This document shows positions 19,876-29,631 of a DNA stretch of 64,000 bases, piece by piece. Each line of letters opens with the position of its first letter. The stretch's first letter is position 1. Under the pieces are notes generated by a model that did no database searches, was not told the origin of the DNA, and saw only the letters and a list, made by a program, of their open reading frames with translations. A program made the translations under genes and the position numbers. This stretch comes from an uncultured delta proteobacterium (lineage in GTDB: Bacteria > Desulfobacterota > Binatia > UBA9968): NCBI GenBank assembly GCA_963727625.1, contig CAVSHR010000005.1, forward strand, positions 160,001 through 224,000. Reading direction: 5' to 3'.

Positions 19876-20199
19876 CTACCACTCGAGGCGAATGCAAACT
19901 TCTTCGCCTCTTTCCTCGGCCGGTAAAACCGTCAGCGGCGCCGCGCCTTTGGGGAGTGTGCACTCTCCTGACGCAAGATCATAGCAATAGCTGTGGTTAT
20001 TACAGCGAATCGATGTGCCGTTGAGCAGCTGGCCGGCGGCCTTTAGATCCGCTTCTTCATGCGGGCAGTGTCTCGAAAACGCGTAATATTTTCCCTCGAC
20101 GAACGCCAAGAGAACTTGGCGTCCGCCGAGATCGACCTCTTTCATCGCACCGGGCGACATTTCACCCGCGCGGGCAACCGGCACGTAGCTGATTCCCAT
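19876..20199 (-). CDS. Rieske [2Fe-2S] ferredoxin
   Basis: CPH...CNNH motif, 107 aa. Confidence 0.85.
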   Translation of the reverse strand: MGISYVPVARAGEMSPGAMKEVDLGGRQVLLAFVEGKYYAFSRHCPHEEADLKAAGQLLNGTSIRCNNHSYCYDLASGECTLPKGAAPLTVLPAEERGEEVCIRLEW

Positions 20200-20203
20200 G
20201 ATA

Positions 20204-21901
20204 TTACGCTGCCGCTTTCTGTTGACGGTAAAGGGGACCGCGAATCACCTGGCCCGGCAGATCCCCCGTCATCCGTCCCTGGTCATTGATCACTATGCCG
20301 TTAACGATCGTATAGTGCATACCGACCGCGCGCTGGACCATTCGCTTGGTATTGGCCGGGAAATCGTTGGCCCACTCCGGCTCCTCAGCATTAACCGTCT
20401 TGGGATCGAAGATCGCCATATCCGCGGCATAGCCGGAACGCAACAGACCGCGGCCCTGCAGGCCGAAGATCGAAGCCGGGTGAAAAGTTAGCTTATGAAC
20501 CGCCTGCTCGAGTGTCATCACCTGGCGCTCGCGCACCCACAGCCCGAGCAGGATTGTGCCGTAACCGAAATCGGCGCCGAACAGCACATGGGCACCCGCG
20601 TCCGACGTGCCGATGAGAACATAGGGGCTGCGCAAAATCTCGCCCATGGCGTTCCAATCGCCGCCGTTGTTGGCGTTCCAGAAAATCGTCTCGAAATTCT
20701 CCTCGAGGGCGAGATCGAGAAACGCGTCGAGCGGGTCCTGATTTCGCATTGCGGCCAACTCGGCGATGGTCTTGCCATTGTACTTTTGATTTTCCGGCTT
20801 GACGGTCTTCTCGACTTTGGGGATGTCCCAGCGTTTGTGAAAATTGGTCGGGCGCGGATCGGCCAGATCGGCGCGCAATTTCTGCCGTGTCTGAGGATCG
20901 GCAAAAGCCTGCCTACGCACTTCCATCGGCAAAAACATTAGATTCTTCCAGACCGGAAACTCGTCGAAAATTTGGCAATCTCTTAAAGTAAAATGGCGCA
21001 CGAGAGGCACGGTATGAGACAATCCGTAGGCTTGGTACCCGGCCTTAAAAATCGGCTCCACCGCGTTTAACTGTTCGCGCCAGAGGTTGGGCTCAGACCA
21101 GCGATGCTGCAAGCTTTGCCAAAGGATTGGCCGCTGCGTGCGCTTGGCCAGGTCGTGGTACCACTTGAAGTGCTCGATCTTGTTGCGGCCTAGTATGGTT
21201 TCGATCACGCCGGCATTACGCTCGGCCAAAACGTCGCAAAGCGCAAAAAATTCATCATCATCCGCCAGGCGGCTGGCGACCGGCTTGCCGTCCTCGCGCA
21301 TATGGCGGTCGTTGCGGTTGGTCGACATTCCCAACGCGCCGCCTTCCATGGCATCCAGCACCAGACCGCGCATTTTCTGCACTTCCGTTCCGGTCGCGCT
21401 GCGCTCCACGGCTTCTTCGCCCATGGCGTGGTGACGCACCGCAATGTGGCCGACCAGACCGCCGACGTTGATCCCGACTTTGCCTTCGAAATTGTCGAGA
21501 TATTCTCCGTAGCTCTGCCAATTCCATTTGACGCCTTGTTCCAGCGCGACGCGGGGCATGGCTTCCACTCGCACAAAGCTCTTGACGATCGCGTCTTCGA
21601 TACCCGATCTGCGCGGCGCCAACGACAGACCGCAGTTGCCCATCACCACGGATGTAATGCCATGCTGCGGCTCACAGGTGCCGTAGGGGTCCCAGAGCAT
21701 CTGCGCGTCCAAATGCGTGTGATGATCGACGAACCCTGGCGCCACCGCCAAGCCGGCTGCATCGATGGTCCGCGCCGCGCCGTCTTTGAGCCGGCCGATC
21801 TCGGCGATTTTTCCATCTTTGACTCCGACGTCAGCGACGTAAGAAGGCAGTCCAGAACCGTCCACCACCCGTCCGCCGCGAACGATAAGATCATAGGCCA
21901 T
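20204..21901 (-). CDS. Amidohydrolase, N-acyl-D-amino-acid deacylase family
   Basis: DLIVRGGRVVDGSG, APGFVDHHTHLD, GITSVVMGNCG, SDAGAH, GYAADMAIFDP. Confidence 0.9.
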   Translation of the reverse strand: MAYDLIVRGGRVVDGSGLPSYVADVGVKDGKIAEIGRLKDGAARTIDAAGLAVAPGFVDHHTHLDAQMLWDPYGTCEPQHGITSVVMGNCGLSLAPRRSGIEDAIVKSFVRVEAMPRVALEQGVKWNWQSYGEYLDNFEGKVGINVGGLVGHIAVRHHAMGEEAVERSATGTEVQKMRGLVLDAMEGGALGMSTNRNDRHMREDGKPVASRLADDDEFFALCDVLAERNAGVIETILGRNKIEHFKWYHDLAKRTQRPILWQSLQHRWSEPNLWREQLNAVEPIFKAGYQAYGLSHTVPLVRHFTLRDCQIFDEFPVWKNLMFLPMEVRRQAFADPQTRQKLRADLADPRPTNFHKRWDIPKVEKTVKPENQKYNGKTIAELAAMRNQDPLDAFLDLALEENFETIFWNANNGGDWNAMGEILRSPYVLIGTSDAGAHVLFGADFGYGTILLGLWVRERQVMTLEQAVHKLTFHPASIFGLQGRGLLRSGYAADMAIFDPKTVNAEEPEWANDFPANTKRMVQRAVGMHYTIVNGIVINDQGRMTGDLPGQVIRGPLYRQQKAAA

Positions 21902-22056
21902 TGGCAACCTCCTTAATCCTGCTTTAAACCGTGGAAATTAGATTGATGATGAATAAGTCGATGGTACGATACGCCGAGACATGCCCGGCTGTCAAATATT
22001 GCGGTTTCAATTGCCTCTAAGATCGCCACTCCAGATGGGTAACGGGTGTGGCAAAT

Positions 22057-22322
22057 TACTTGGAAAGCTCCGCCATGCAGTTGGCGTGCCTTTCCAAATT
22101 ATCCCCATCGAATTATCCAACGCATACGGCCCTGAAGGTGCCGCCATCGAGACAGCCAACATTGAAGCGGGAAGCGAGCACGGTGGAATAGCGGAATACA
22201 CTCTCGCCGCCGATTGAACAGTTGCAGTAGACAGCGTCGACCTCGCCGGTCGCTATGACTGCGAAGCGCACCCGCCCGCAGTGACAGCCGCCGAGGTGTC
22301 GAAACAAAGAGCCGTCGAGCAA
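22057..22322 (-). pseudogene. GFA/CENP-V family pseudogene with internal deletion
   Basis: GGCHCGRVRF...YCNCSI...ASRF joined directly to NVGCLD (central FCxxCG segment missing), then TAA before FDGDNLE. Confidence 0.65.
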
Positions 22323-22330
22323 ACCGAACC

Positions 22331-23350
22331 TTAGTCAGACGCTTCCATTTGCTTGGTGTAGCTGCCCGATCTTGCCGCGCTATTACACTTGGCGCGGTGA
22401 TAGAAGATTTTTTGTGCAGCCGGGACATTAGCCGCTTCGCCTTTCCATGCTTTGAGCGCCGGATCCTGGAGCGCCCGCGCGTAGGAAAACGCAACTTCCC
22501 AGGGATGCGGCCCCATTTTATTCATCGCGTTCAGATGCTCGGTTGCGCTCACCGCACTTTGCCCGCCGGACAAGAAAGCGATGCCGGGCACCGCGGCCGG
22601 CACCGCCCGCTTCAAGCAGCGAATCGTCCGTTCGGCGACTTCGGCAATACCAGCTTGGCGCGGATTATCTTTTCCCGATACCACCATGCTCGGCTTGAGC
22701 ACCATGCCTTCCAAATGGACGCGCTGCTGCATCAGGCGCGAGAATGTAACCAGCAGGGTTTTTCCCGTGACTTCTTCGCAGCGTTCGATGGAGTGATTGC
22801 CGTCGAGCAGCACTTCGGGTTCGACAATCGGCACGATGCCGGCTTCTTGGCAGAGCGCCGCGTAGCGCGCCAAAGCATGGGCGTTTTCATCGAGACAGTT
22901 ATAAGTGGGAGTGCCCTCGCCGATGCTGATCACGGCGCGCCATTTGGCGAACTTGGCGCCGAGCTCTCCGTATTCTTTTAGCCGACCGCGCAGCCCGTCC
23001 AACCCTTCTGTTACCACCTCGCCGGGATATTCCGGAATCGCCACGGGTCCCTTGTCGACCTTGATGCCGGGCATAATGCCCTTTTTGACCAGAAGCTGCG
23101 GGAAAGGAGTGCCGTCGTTTGCCGCCGTGCGGATCGTTTCGTCGAAAAGGATCACCCCGCTGATCGCTTCTTCGACTCCCTTGGTCGAGAAAAGCATGTC
23201 ACGGTAGGCCCGCCGGTTGGTTTCGTTGGATTCGACCTTGATACTGTCGAAGCGCCGTTTGATCGTACCCATGCTTTCGTCGGCGGCGAGGATGCCCTTA
23301 CCTTTGATCACCATCGCTTGGGCTATCGTTTCCAGTTCTTGTTTTGACAT
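22331..23350 (-). CDS. Class I fructose-bisphosphate aldolase
   Basis: GKGILAADES, ISGVILFDET, GIKVDKG, FAKWR, PIVEPEV, LKPSMV, FLSGGQS, FSYARALQ. Confidence 0.95.
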   Translation of the reverse strand: MSKQELETIAQAMVIKGKGILAADESMGTIKRRFDSIKVESNETNRRAYRDMLFSTKGVEEAISGVILFDETIRTAANDGTPFPQLLVKKGIMPGIKVDKGPVAIPEYPGEVVTEGLDGLRGRLKEYGELGAKFAKWRAVISIGEGTPTYNCLDENAHALARYAALCQEAGIVPIVEPEVLLDGNHSIERCEEVTGKTLLVTFSRLMQQRVHLEGMVLKPSMVVSGKDNPRQAGIAEVAERTIRCLKRAVPAAVPGIAFLSGGQSAVSATEHLNAMNKMGPHPWEVAFSYARALQDPALKAWKGEAANVPAAQKIFYHRAKCNSAARSGSYTKQMEASD

Positions 23351-23472
23351 GGTATTCACTCCTCCTACTCGGTTCTGGTACCCAATTCATCTTACATTCT
23401 GCCTAACCCTAAGCAAGCCTCAGCCGCGCCGCGGTTGTCTCAAAGTGGACACTTTGATATTTTATCTCTGCA

Positions 23473-23811
23473 ATGCTTGATTTATTGTTTCATTGGTTCA
23501 TCAGCGCTGGAAGCTTGCTGATCGTAACGTTTCTTTTCCCCGGCATCGAAGTTCACGGCTTGGGGACCGCGCTGATCGCACCCATCGTCATCGGCTTCAT
23601 CAACGCCACCATCGGCCTCGTGCTAAAAATTTTCACCTTGCCGCTCACCATACTCACGCTCGGCATCTTCTGGCTGGTCATCAACGCGCTGATGCTCCAG
23701 CTCGCCGCAGCCATCGTTCCCGGCTTTTTTGTCGGCGGATTTGCCTCGGCTTTTTTCGGCGCCATTGTGCTCAGCCTAGTCAACATGCTGCTGCGCTCGT
23801 TGGTTGACTAA
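23473..23811 (+). CDS. YvlD/DUF360 ('phage holin 4_2') family membrane protein
   Basis: LTILTLGIFWLVINALML, VPGFFVGGFASAFFGAIVLSLVN. Confidence 0.85.
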   Translation: MLDLLFHWFISAGSLLIVTFLFPGIEVHGLGTALIAPIVIGFINATIGLVLKIFTLPLTILTLGIFWLVINALMLQLAAAIVPGFFVGGFASAFFGAIVLSLVNMLLRSLVD

Positions 23812-23820
23812 ACTCGCCGC

Positions 23821-24705
23821 TTATTTGGCCGGCAATCCAGTCGCTTCGGACCAATAACTGGAATCATAGAATCTTTCCGGCGGATCAAAGGGCGGTTTAT
23901 AGACGCCCAACTCCTTGCGCAGTTCGATCACCGTCTTCAACGCTGCCGGATTAATTTTCGCCTTCGGCACCACCTTGCGACAGGCATCTTCAGCGGCTTT
24001 ACGGCTTAACTTTTCTTTGTCCATCATCAACGCGATGGTTTCTTCATGGTTTTCCGGCATCAACAGCCAATCTGTGGATGCCGCCCAGGCGCGGATGAAA
24101 CGGACGGCGATCTCGCGATGATTGAATAACCAAGAGCGCAACGTCCAACCGCAGGTCAGCGGCCAGCCCGGCACGTAGTTTTCAGAATTTGCCAGCAACA
24201 CGCCGCCCGCTGCCAGCGCTTTATCCGAGGCCGGCGGTGTGAGCATCGCAGCGGCCACGCGCCGCTGCAAGAACGCCTCAAGACGCACCGGCGAGCTGCC
24301 GATGATCTCGATGTTGTACTCGGTGTCATCCATGCCGTGGGTGCGCAGAATTTTTTTCCGGATGAGATCGAGATTGGAATCCCCGGGATCGCCGGCCAAT
24401 AATTTGCCGCGCAGTTTTTCGATCGAATCCACGCCAGGCTGCCCGATGAGATAAGCGCTCAAGCCCTCTTCGGCCTGCATGAAAAGCATGTAGTCGACAC
24501 CGTCGGTGGTGGTCCGGGCGATCATCGTGTCCGCGCTGCTCAAAGTAAAATCCCATCGCCCCTCCGCCATGCCGCGGTTGTGATCAGGCGCGTAGGTAGT
24601 CTTGTGAAACCGCACTTCAAGATTTTCCTTAGCGAAAAAGCCCTTATATTCCGCCACCACGTGGGGCGTACGGCGCAGATAGCCGGTAACACTCAGTACG
24701 TCCAT
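23821..24705 (-). CDS. SsuA/NMT1-type substrate-binding-fold protein (no clear signal peptide)
   Basis: KGFFAKENL, LTPP, RFIRAW, RFYDSSY. Confidence 0.75.
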   Translation of the reverse strand: MDVLSVTGYLRRTPHVVAEYKGFFAKENLEVRFHKTTYAPDHNRGMAEGRWDFTLSSADTMIARTTTDGVDYMLFMQAEEGLSAYLIGQPGVDSIEKLRGKLLAGDPGDSNLDLIRKKILRTHGMDDTEYNIEIIGSSPVRLEAFLQRRVAAAMLTPPASDKALAAGGVLLANSENYVPGWPLTCGWTLRSWLFNHREIAVRFIRAWAASTDWLLMPENHEETIALMMDKEKLSRKAAEDACRKVVPKAKINPAALKTVIELRKELGVYKPPFDPPERFYDSSYWSEATGLPAK

Positions 24706-24838
24706 AAAAGCCTCCTGGTGCTATCCTTCTATCTATCTTCTCGCGCCGCCGTCCTCAAGCCCAAAAAGATTGGCTTCATGGCATAATCGAGTTAAGTATA
24801 AACCCTAAGTTATCACCGAAAATTCCGAGGAATTGACC

Positions 24839-25540
24839 ATGAGTCTCAAAGACAAGGTTGCGCTCATCACCGGCGGCAGCAGAGGTATCGGCAAAGCGAT
24901 TGCCATGGCCTACGCGCGCCAGGGGGCCAGGCTGGCGCTGTGCGCGCGCACGGCGGCCGAGCTCGAACACACCGTGACCGAGTTGCGCGGCTACGACGTC
25001 GAAGCAGCGGGTTGGAGCTGCGACGTTTCGCTCGAAGCACAAGTTAAGCAACTGGTCGACAACGTGCAAAAAAAATTCGACCGCATTGACGTTCTGGTCA
25101 ACAATGCCGGCGTCATGACCCGCCCCGTGCCGATCACTGAATTGGAGATAAAAAAATGGGATTATACGGTAGCCGTCAACTTGCGCGGGCCGTTTTTAGT
25201 GACGCAGTCCGTGCTGCCGATCATGATCAAACAAAATAACGGCTCGATCATCAACGTTTCATCGATGATCGGCCGCGGTGCTTACGCCAATTTCATCGCC
25301 TACGCGACGTCCAAATGGGGCCTGGAAGGTTTCACTCAAACGCTCGCCTCTGAAGTCCGCTCTGACAATATCCGTGTCAATTCGGTAGACCCGGGCTACG
25401 TGGCCACCAAACTCACCGGCTATCACGGCAGCAAACCGGAATCGGTGACGGATGTTTTCGTTTATCTTGCCTCCGAAGAATCCACGGGAGTAACCGGGAA
25501 AATGCTCAGCTCCTCTGGATGGAAATCGCAGATCAGATAA
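24839..25540 (+). CDS. Short-chain dehydrogenase/reductase
   Basis: TGGSRGIG, NNAG, YATSK. Confidence 0.9.
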   Translation: MSLKDKVALITGGSRGIGKAIAMAYARQGARLALCARTAAELEHTVTELRGYDVEAAGWSCDVSLEAQVKQLVDNVQKKFDRIDVLVNNAGVMTRPVPITELEIKKWDYTVAVNLRGPFLVTQSVLPIMIKQNNGSIINVSSMIGRGAYANFIAYATSKWGLEGFTQTLASEVRSDNIRVNSVDPGYVATKLTGYHGSKPESVTDVFVYLASEESTGVTGKMLSSSGWKSQIR

Positions 25541-25637
25541 ATTCGACTCATGGGCTGTGCCTTATTTACCCGGGAGGCTCGCAAGATGGTTTACCCGATG
25601 TTGCTAACTCCAGATTGAGCAGCCTCCGACTGAGCCG

Positions 25638-25874
25638 TCATTGCAGCCCGAGCAGCTCCATAATCTTGAGCTGATCGAATCCGACCACCGATTTGCCGTC
25701 GGCAATCATTACCGGCGTGCTCTGAAAACCAAGATCGAGCAGTTCTTTTAGCGCTGCTTTATCGGCACGGACATTTTTCTCGACAAACTGAACGCCCTTT
25801 TGAGATAGAAACTCCACCTCTTTATGGCATGGCCCTCAGCCCGGTTGGGTGTAGACAATGACGGAATTTGCCAT
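25638..25874 (-). CDS. Glutaredoxin/NrdH-like protein with in-frame UGA (probable selenocysteine, UxxC)
   Basis: AAGGAG RBS then MANSVIVYTQPG-TGA-GPCHKEVEFLSQKGVQFVEKNVRADKAALKELLDLGFQSTPVMIADGKSVVGFDQLKIMELLGLQ; TGA at 25836-25838 sits at the first Cys of CxxC. Confidence 0.85.
25803..25835 (-). promoter_or_regulatory. Candidate bacterial SECIS hairpin
   Basis: GAGGTGG-AGTTT-CTATCTC stem-loop; loop starts ~22 nt after UGA with G in its first two positions. Confidence 0.5.
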
Positions 25875-26012
25875 GGTTGGTCTCCTTAAAAAAGATCATT
25901 CCAAAGCCTTTTATAACATTAACGGGAACATTCCGGTACTGCATTTCTTACCGGTCTTCACGAGGACTATCATCGCGCCACCAACAGCTGGGACAAGTTG
26001 AAACTTAAGGGC

Positions 26013-26174
26013 ATGGCGCGAGCGAGCGACCTTAATATCGAGGATCTTGCGGCCGCGCTCCGAGAGCAGAAACCGGGCGATGAGGTCGAGATCATCGTAC
26101 TACGGGTCGGCAATCCTGTCGCTTTGAAGGCAAAGTTGCGCGCGCGGCTGAATCTCTACATCGGCCATACCTAA
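26013..26174 (+). pseudogene. PDZ-domain C-terminal fragment
   Basis: NIEDLAAALREQKPGDEVEIIVLRVGNPVALKAKL; N-terminal part of the domain absent. Confidence 0.55.
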
Positions 26175-26312
26175 TAACCGCAATAGCCGCCTCCGAGGCG
26201 ACTTCCTGGAAATTTACTGGCCCTTTCGCTAAATTGAGAAATAGTGCTCGCAGGTAATACAGTGTTATGATAAGATGCCGAAAGTGGTGAAGGTTAAGGA
26301 GGTTAGCCGTCG

Positions 26313-26921
26313 ATGATCAAGCTTTACACGTTTCCGCCCTCGACCAACTCGCGCAAGGTGCGGATCGCTCTATTGGAGAAAGGATTGGAGTTCGAACGGA
26401 TTAACGTTGATCTTTCCAAAAGAGAACAAAAGAACCCTGAATATCTAAAAATTCATCCTTTCGGTCAGCTCCCCGCTCTGGATGACGAAGGTTTCATTGT
26501 CTACGATTCCACGGTCATCAACGAATATCTCGAAGACGAATATCCTTACCCGCCGCTTATGCCGAGCGATTCAGAGGGCCGAGCTCGGGCGCGTTTGTTG
26601 GAGGATTTTCGCGACACCCATTTCAATCCCTATTGCGTGCAAATTATGTACGAAGCGCGCAAGCCGGAGGGCGAGCGCGATGCCCAGCGTATCGATAACG
26701 CCAAGACCCAGATATCGGCGTGCTTCGACAGAATCGAGAGGGAGCTTCAAGGCAAAGAATATCTGGTCGGGTCCTTCAGCCTCGCCGATATTGCCTTCAT
26801 GGCAAACCTCGATCTCTTGGAACGTCTCAGTATCCCGGTGGACGCGAACAAGCATAAACACACCACGGCCTGGATCGCCCGGCTTAAAGCCAGACCAAGT
26901 TACGCCGCTTCTGCAAGCTAG
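26313..26921 (+). CDS. Glutathione S-transferase family protein
   Basis: SRKVRIALLEKGL, HPFGQLPAL, DSTVINEYLE, FSLADIA. Confidence 0.9.
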   Translation: MIKLYTFPPSTNSRKVRIALLEKGLEFERINVDLSKREQKNPEYLKIHPFGQLPALDDEGFIVYDSTVINEYLEDEYPYPPLMPSDSEGRARARLLEDFRDTHFNPYCVQIMYEARKPEGERDAQRIDNAKTQISACFDRIERELQGKEYLVGSFSLADIAFMANLDLLERLSIPVDANKHKHTTAWIARLKARPSYAASAS

Positions 26922-26930
26922 CTAGGCCGG

Positions 26931-27632
26931 ATGCCCTGGAGTCTCGGCATTGCCTGGCTGGTCCACCTTTATACTGCCCTCGGCGCCGTTGTCGCCTTCA
27001 TCACGGTTCTCTCGCTCGAAAAAGGAAATTTTCGCCAAGCGTTATTTTTGATGGCCTTGGCCGTCGTGATCGACGCCTCGGATGGCACGCTCGCGCGCGC
27101 CGCTCGGGTTAAGGAGTTAATCCCTTGGTTCGACGGCGATCTTCTCGATGAGCTCGTCGACTATTTCAACTATGTCATCGTTCCCTGTTTGTTTTTGCTT
27201 CGCGCTGACCTGCTGCCGCCGCACGATGCATGGTGGCTGGCGCCGTTGCCGCTGCTCGCCAGCGCCTACGGGTTTTGTCAAAAAAACGCCAAGACCGCCG
27301 ACTATTTTTTTCTCGGTTTTCCTTCCTACTGGAACATCCTGGTTTTCTATCTTTACACCTTAAAGACGCCGCTCTGGGTGAATGCTTTTCTTGTCATCGG
27401 ACTATCCGCATTGGTGTTCGTGCCGATCAAGTATATTTATCCGAGCCGGAGCCCGCGCTTTCGCAAGCCGACCAATCTTTTGGGCGCGCTTTGGGCGTTG
27501 GCGATTTTTTATGTCATCTACAGCTCGCCGGAATCGCCCGGGCCGCTGGTGTTTGCGACGCTGCTATTTCCAGTCTACTATACGGCGCTATCCCTCTGGC
27601 TAGAAATTCTCCGTATGACGGAAACATCTTAG
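26931..27632 (+). CDS. pcs: Phosphatidylcholine synthase-like CDP-alcohol phosphatidyltransferase
   Basis: AWLVHLYTALG, IDASDGTLAR, FDGDLLDELVDYFNYVIVP, KTADYFFLGFPSYWN, FVPIKYIYP. Confidence 0.75.
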   Translation: MPWSLGIAWLVHLYTALGAVVAFITVLSLEKGNFRQALFLMALAVVIDASDGTLARAARVKELIPWFDGDLLDELVDYFNYVIVPCLFLLRADLLPPHDAWWLAPLPLLASAYGFCQKNAKTADYFFLGFPSYWNILVFYLYTLKTPLWVNAFLVIGLSALVFVPIKYIYPSRSPRFRKPTNLLGALWALAIFYVIYSSPESPGPLVFATLLFPVYYTALSLWLEILRMTETS

Positions 27633-27643
27633 CGAGGCTGACC

Positions 27644-29086
27644 ATGTCAAAGTTCCTGCACAACCGCACCTTGCCCGCCGTCTATATTCCCCTGATCATT
27701 TGCCTGATTTTCGCTTTTCCGGCCGCACCGGCATTCGGTCAGTCCGGCTCTGGCGGGGCAATCCCTAAATACGTCTTTTTGTTTCTTTCCGACGGCGGCG
27801 GCATGGCCCATTTGGAAATCGCCCGTCGCTATCGCCAGTTCATCCAAAACGAAGGTTACGTCATCGTCGATAAGATCATTAAAGAAGGCAGCATTGGCGT
27901 GATGACCACTCATGCCGCGGACGCGCTTTCCACCGACTCTGCCGCGGCAGCTACTTCGCTAGCGGGCGGCTGCAAGGCCAACGTCGGCGCACTCGGCATA
28001 TGCGCCGACGGGACCATCGCGGTCAGCGCCATGGAACTGGCGCGCCGGCGCGGCATGCGCCTCGCGCTGGTCACCAACTCGACCCTTTACGACGCCAGTC
28101 CCGCGGCCTTCGTTTGTCACGTGCCCAACCGCCGCGACTACGCGGCCATTGTCGATCGCTATCTCGAATTGGAACCGGACGTTCTGATGGGCGGCGGCAA
28201 GGATCAGTTTCTCCCGAAAAGCCGGCCCGGCAGCCATCGCAAGGACGAAACCGATGTGATGGCCGCGTTTGAAAGCAAGGGGTATCGTTTGGCTCAAAAC
28301 AAGTCCGAGCTCGAAAAGATCTCCCCGGGCAAAGTTTTGGGATTGTTCGCCATGCGCGATATGAGCCTGGAGCTCGATCGCGACAAGTACGTCGAGCCCT
28401 CGGTTTACGATATGACGCGGGCGACGATTCGCCTTTTGCGCGAACGAAATCGGCGCGGCTTCTTCGCCTTCATCGAATCGGAAAGTATCGACACCGCGAG
28501 CCACCTCTCCGACATCGCGTCGGTGGTTCACGAGTACCGGGAGTTCGACCGCGCCGTTGGCCTTGCTTATGATTTTTACCGCAAATATCCGCGCGAGACC
28601 TTGATTCTCGTGACTTCCGACCATGAGACCGGCGGCCTTGGATTTACACTCGCATTGAAAAATCTCGACAACACCAAAAGCGGCAACCAAATAGCTGCGA
28701 CCGATGACGATTTAAAAAAAATTCAATCGATAGATATTTCGTTGCAGAAGGCATCGCGAATCCTCGGGCGCAATCCGACACCGGCGGCGGTCGACAAACT
28801 GATGAAGGAGCACTTCCCAGGATTTACCCTCGCCGCGGAGTTCAAAGACGCGATCGTCGAGCGGCGGCCGATTTCCCGCACGCTTTTTATCGATCTCACC
28901 GCCCAGGCCCTTGGCGCCATGGTTGCGAACAATACCCAGGCTTATTGGCAAACCTCGACGCACACCAACCAGCCGGTGCTAGTGGCCGCCCTCGGCGTCG
29001 GCGCCGAGCTTTTTAGAGGCTATTACGACAACGCGGAATTCGGTAAAAAACTCAAAGCGCTGATGGAAGGGAAAGAAGCAGACTGA
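27644..29086 (+). CDS. Alkaline phosphatase (PhoA family)
   Basis: FLFLSDGGG, TDSAAAAT active-site Ser, IDTASH, TSDHETGG, YDNAE. Confidence 0.9.
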   Translation: MSKFLHNRTLPAVYIPLIICLIFAFPAAPAFGQSGSGGAIPKYVFLFLSDGGGMAHLEIARRYRQFIQNEGYVIVDKIIKEGSIGVMTTHAADALSTDSAAAATSLAGGCKANVGALGICADGTIAVSAMELARRRGMRLALVTNSTLYDASPAAFVCHVPNRRDYAAIVDRYLELEPDVLMGGGKDQFLPKSRPGSHRKDETDVMAAFESKGYRLAQNKSELEKISPGKVLGLFAMRDMSLELDRDKYVEPSVYDMTRATIRLLRERNRRGFFAFIESESIDTASHLSDIASVVHEYREFDRAVGLAYDFYRKYPRETLILVTSDHETGGLGFTLALKNLDNTKSGNQIAATDDDLKKIQSIDISLQKASRILGRNPTPAAVDKLMKEHFPGFTLAAEFKDAIVERRPISRTLFIDLTAQALGAMVANNTQAYWQTSTHTNQPVLVAALGVGAELFRGYYDNAEFGKKLKALMEGKEAD

Positions 29087-29144
29087 GAATTAGCGAGACC
29101 CATGTTGGTTATCCGAAATAATGTGGCAAAACAACCCGTCCCGT

Positions 29145-29185
29145 TCTGGAGGATGCTACAGTCGCAAACCGTAGCATCCTCCAGA
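29145..29185. terminator. 15-bp perfect hairpin between convergent genes, closing the cytochrome cluster
   Basis: tctggaggatgctac-N11-gtagcatcctccaga. Confidence 0.75.
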
Positions 29186-29200
29186 GTTCTCGCCAAAAAA

Positions 29201-29530
29201 TTATTTTGCCAAGGAACGCACGTAACTTAAAGCTTGTTTCTGTTCTTCTTTGCTAAGTTTAGCTGCAGGCATTTTCCCTGAGCCCTGGGCGATAACCTTC
29301 AAAAGCTCCCCGTCCGGCTTCTTGGCGATATCCTTCGAGGCAATATTCAAGCCCTTTCCCCCGAGAATTTTTGCCATAGCCGGGTTGCCTTTACCGTCTG
29401 CGCCGTGACAACCGATGCACGATTTTTCGTAGAGGGCCTTTCCCGCGTTAGTGTCCGCCCCGACCGCTGTGGAAACCCAACCGCCGACGATCCAGAGAGC
29501 AATGATAAGGGGCAGTATCTTGGTTTTCAT
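29201..29530 (-). CDS. Periplasmic monoheme cytochrome c
   Basis: Signal peptide, CIGCH, distal GKMP Met. Confidence 0.9.
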   Translation of the reverse strand: MKTKILPLIIALWIVGGWVSTAVGADTNAGKALYEKSCIGCHGADGKGNPAMAKILGGKGLNIASKDIAKKPDGELLKVIAQGSGKMPAAKLSKEEQKQALSYVRSLAK

Positions 29531-29631
29531 ATCTCGCTATTAATCCTTTCTGTTTTTAATATTATTAATACCTTACGAGTGTCGATATCGACCAGCACGT
29601 AATATTTTTCAAATCCTAGTGGGCGGCAAAA

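Noticed and set aside
23473-23811. 'Phage holin' as evidence of a prophage
   Set aside because: YvlD/DUF360 is a common chromosomal membrane protein; no phage genes nearby
27230-27643. N-terminal extension of the alkaline phosphatase ORF
   Set aside because: Overlaps the pcs-like gene; the signal peptide begins at ATG 27644
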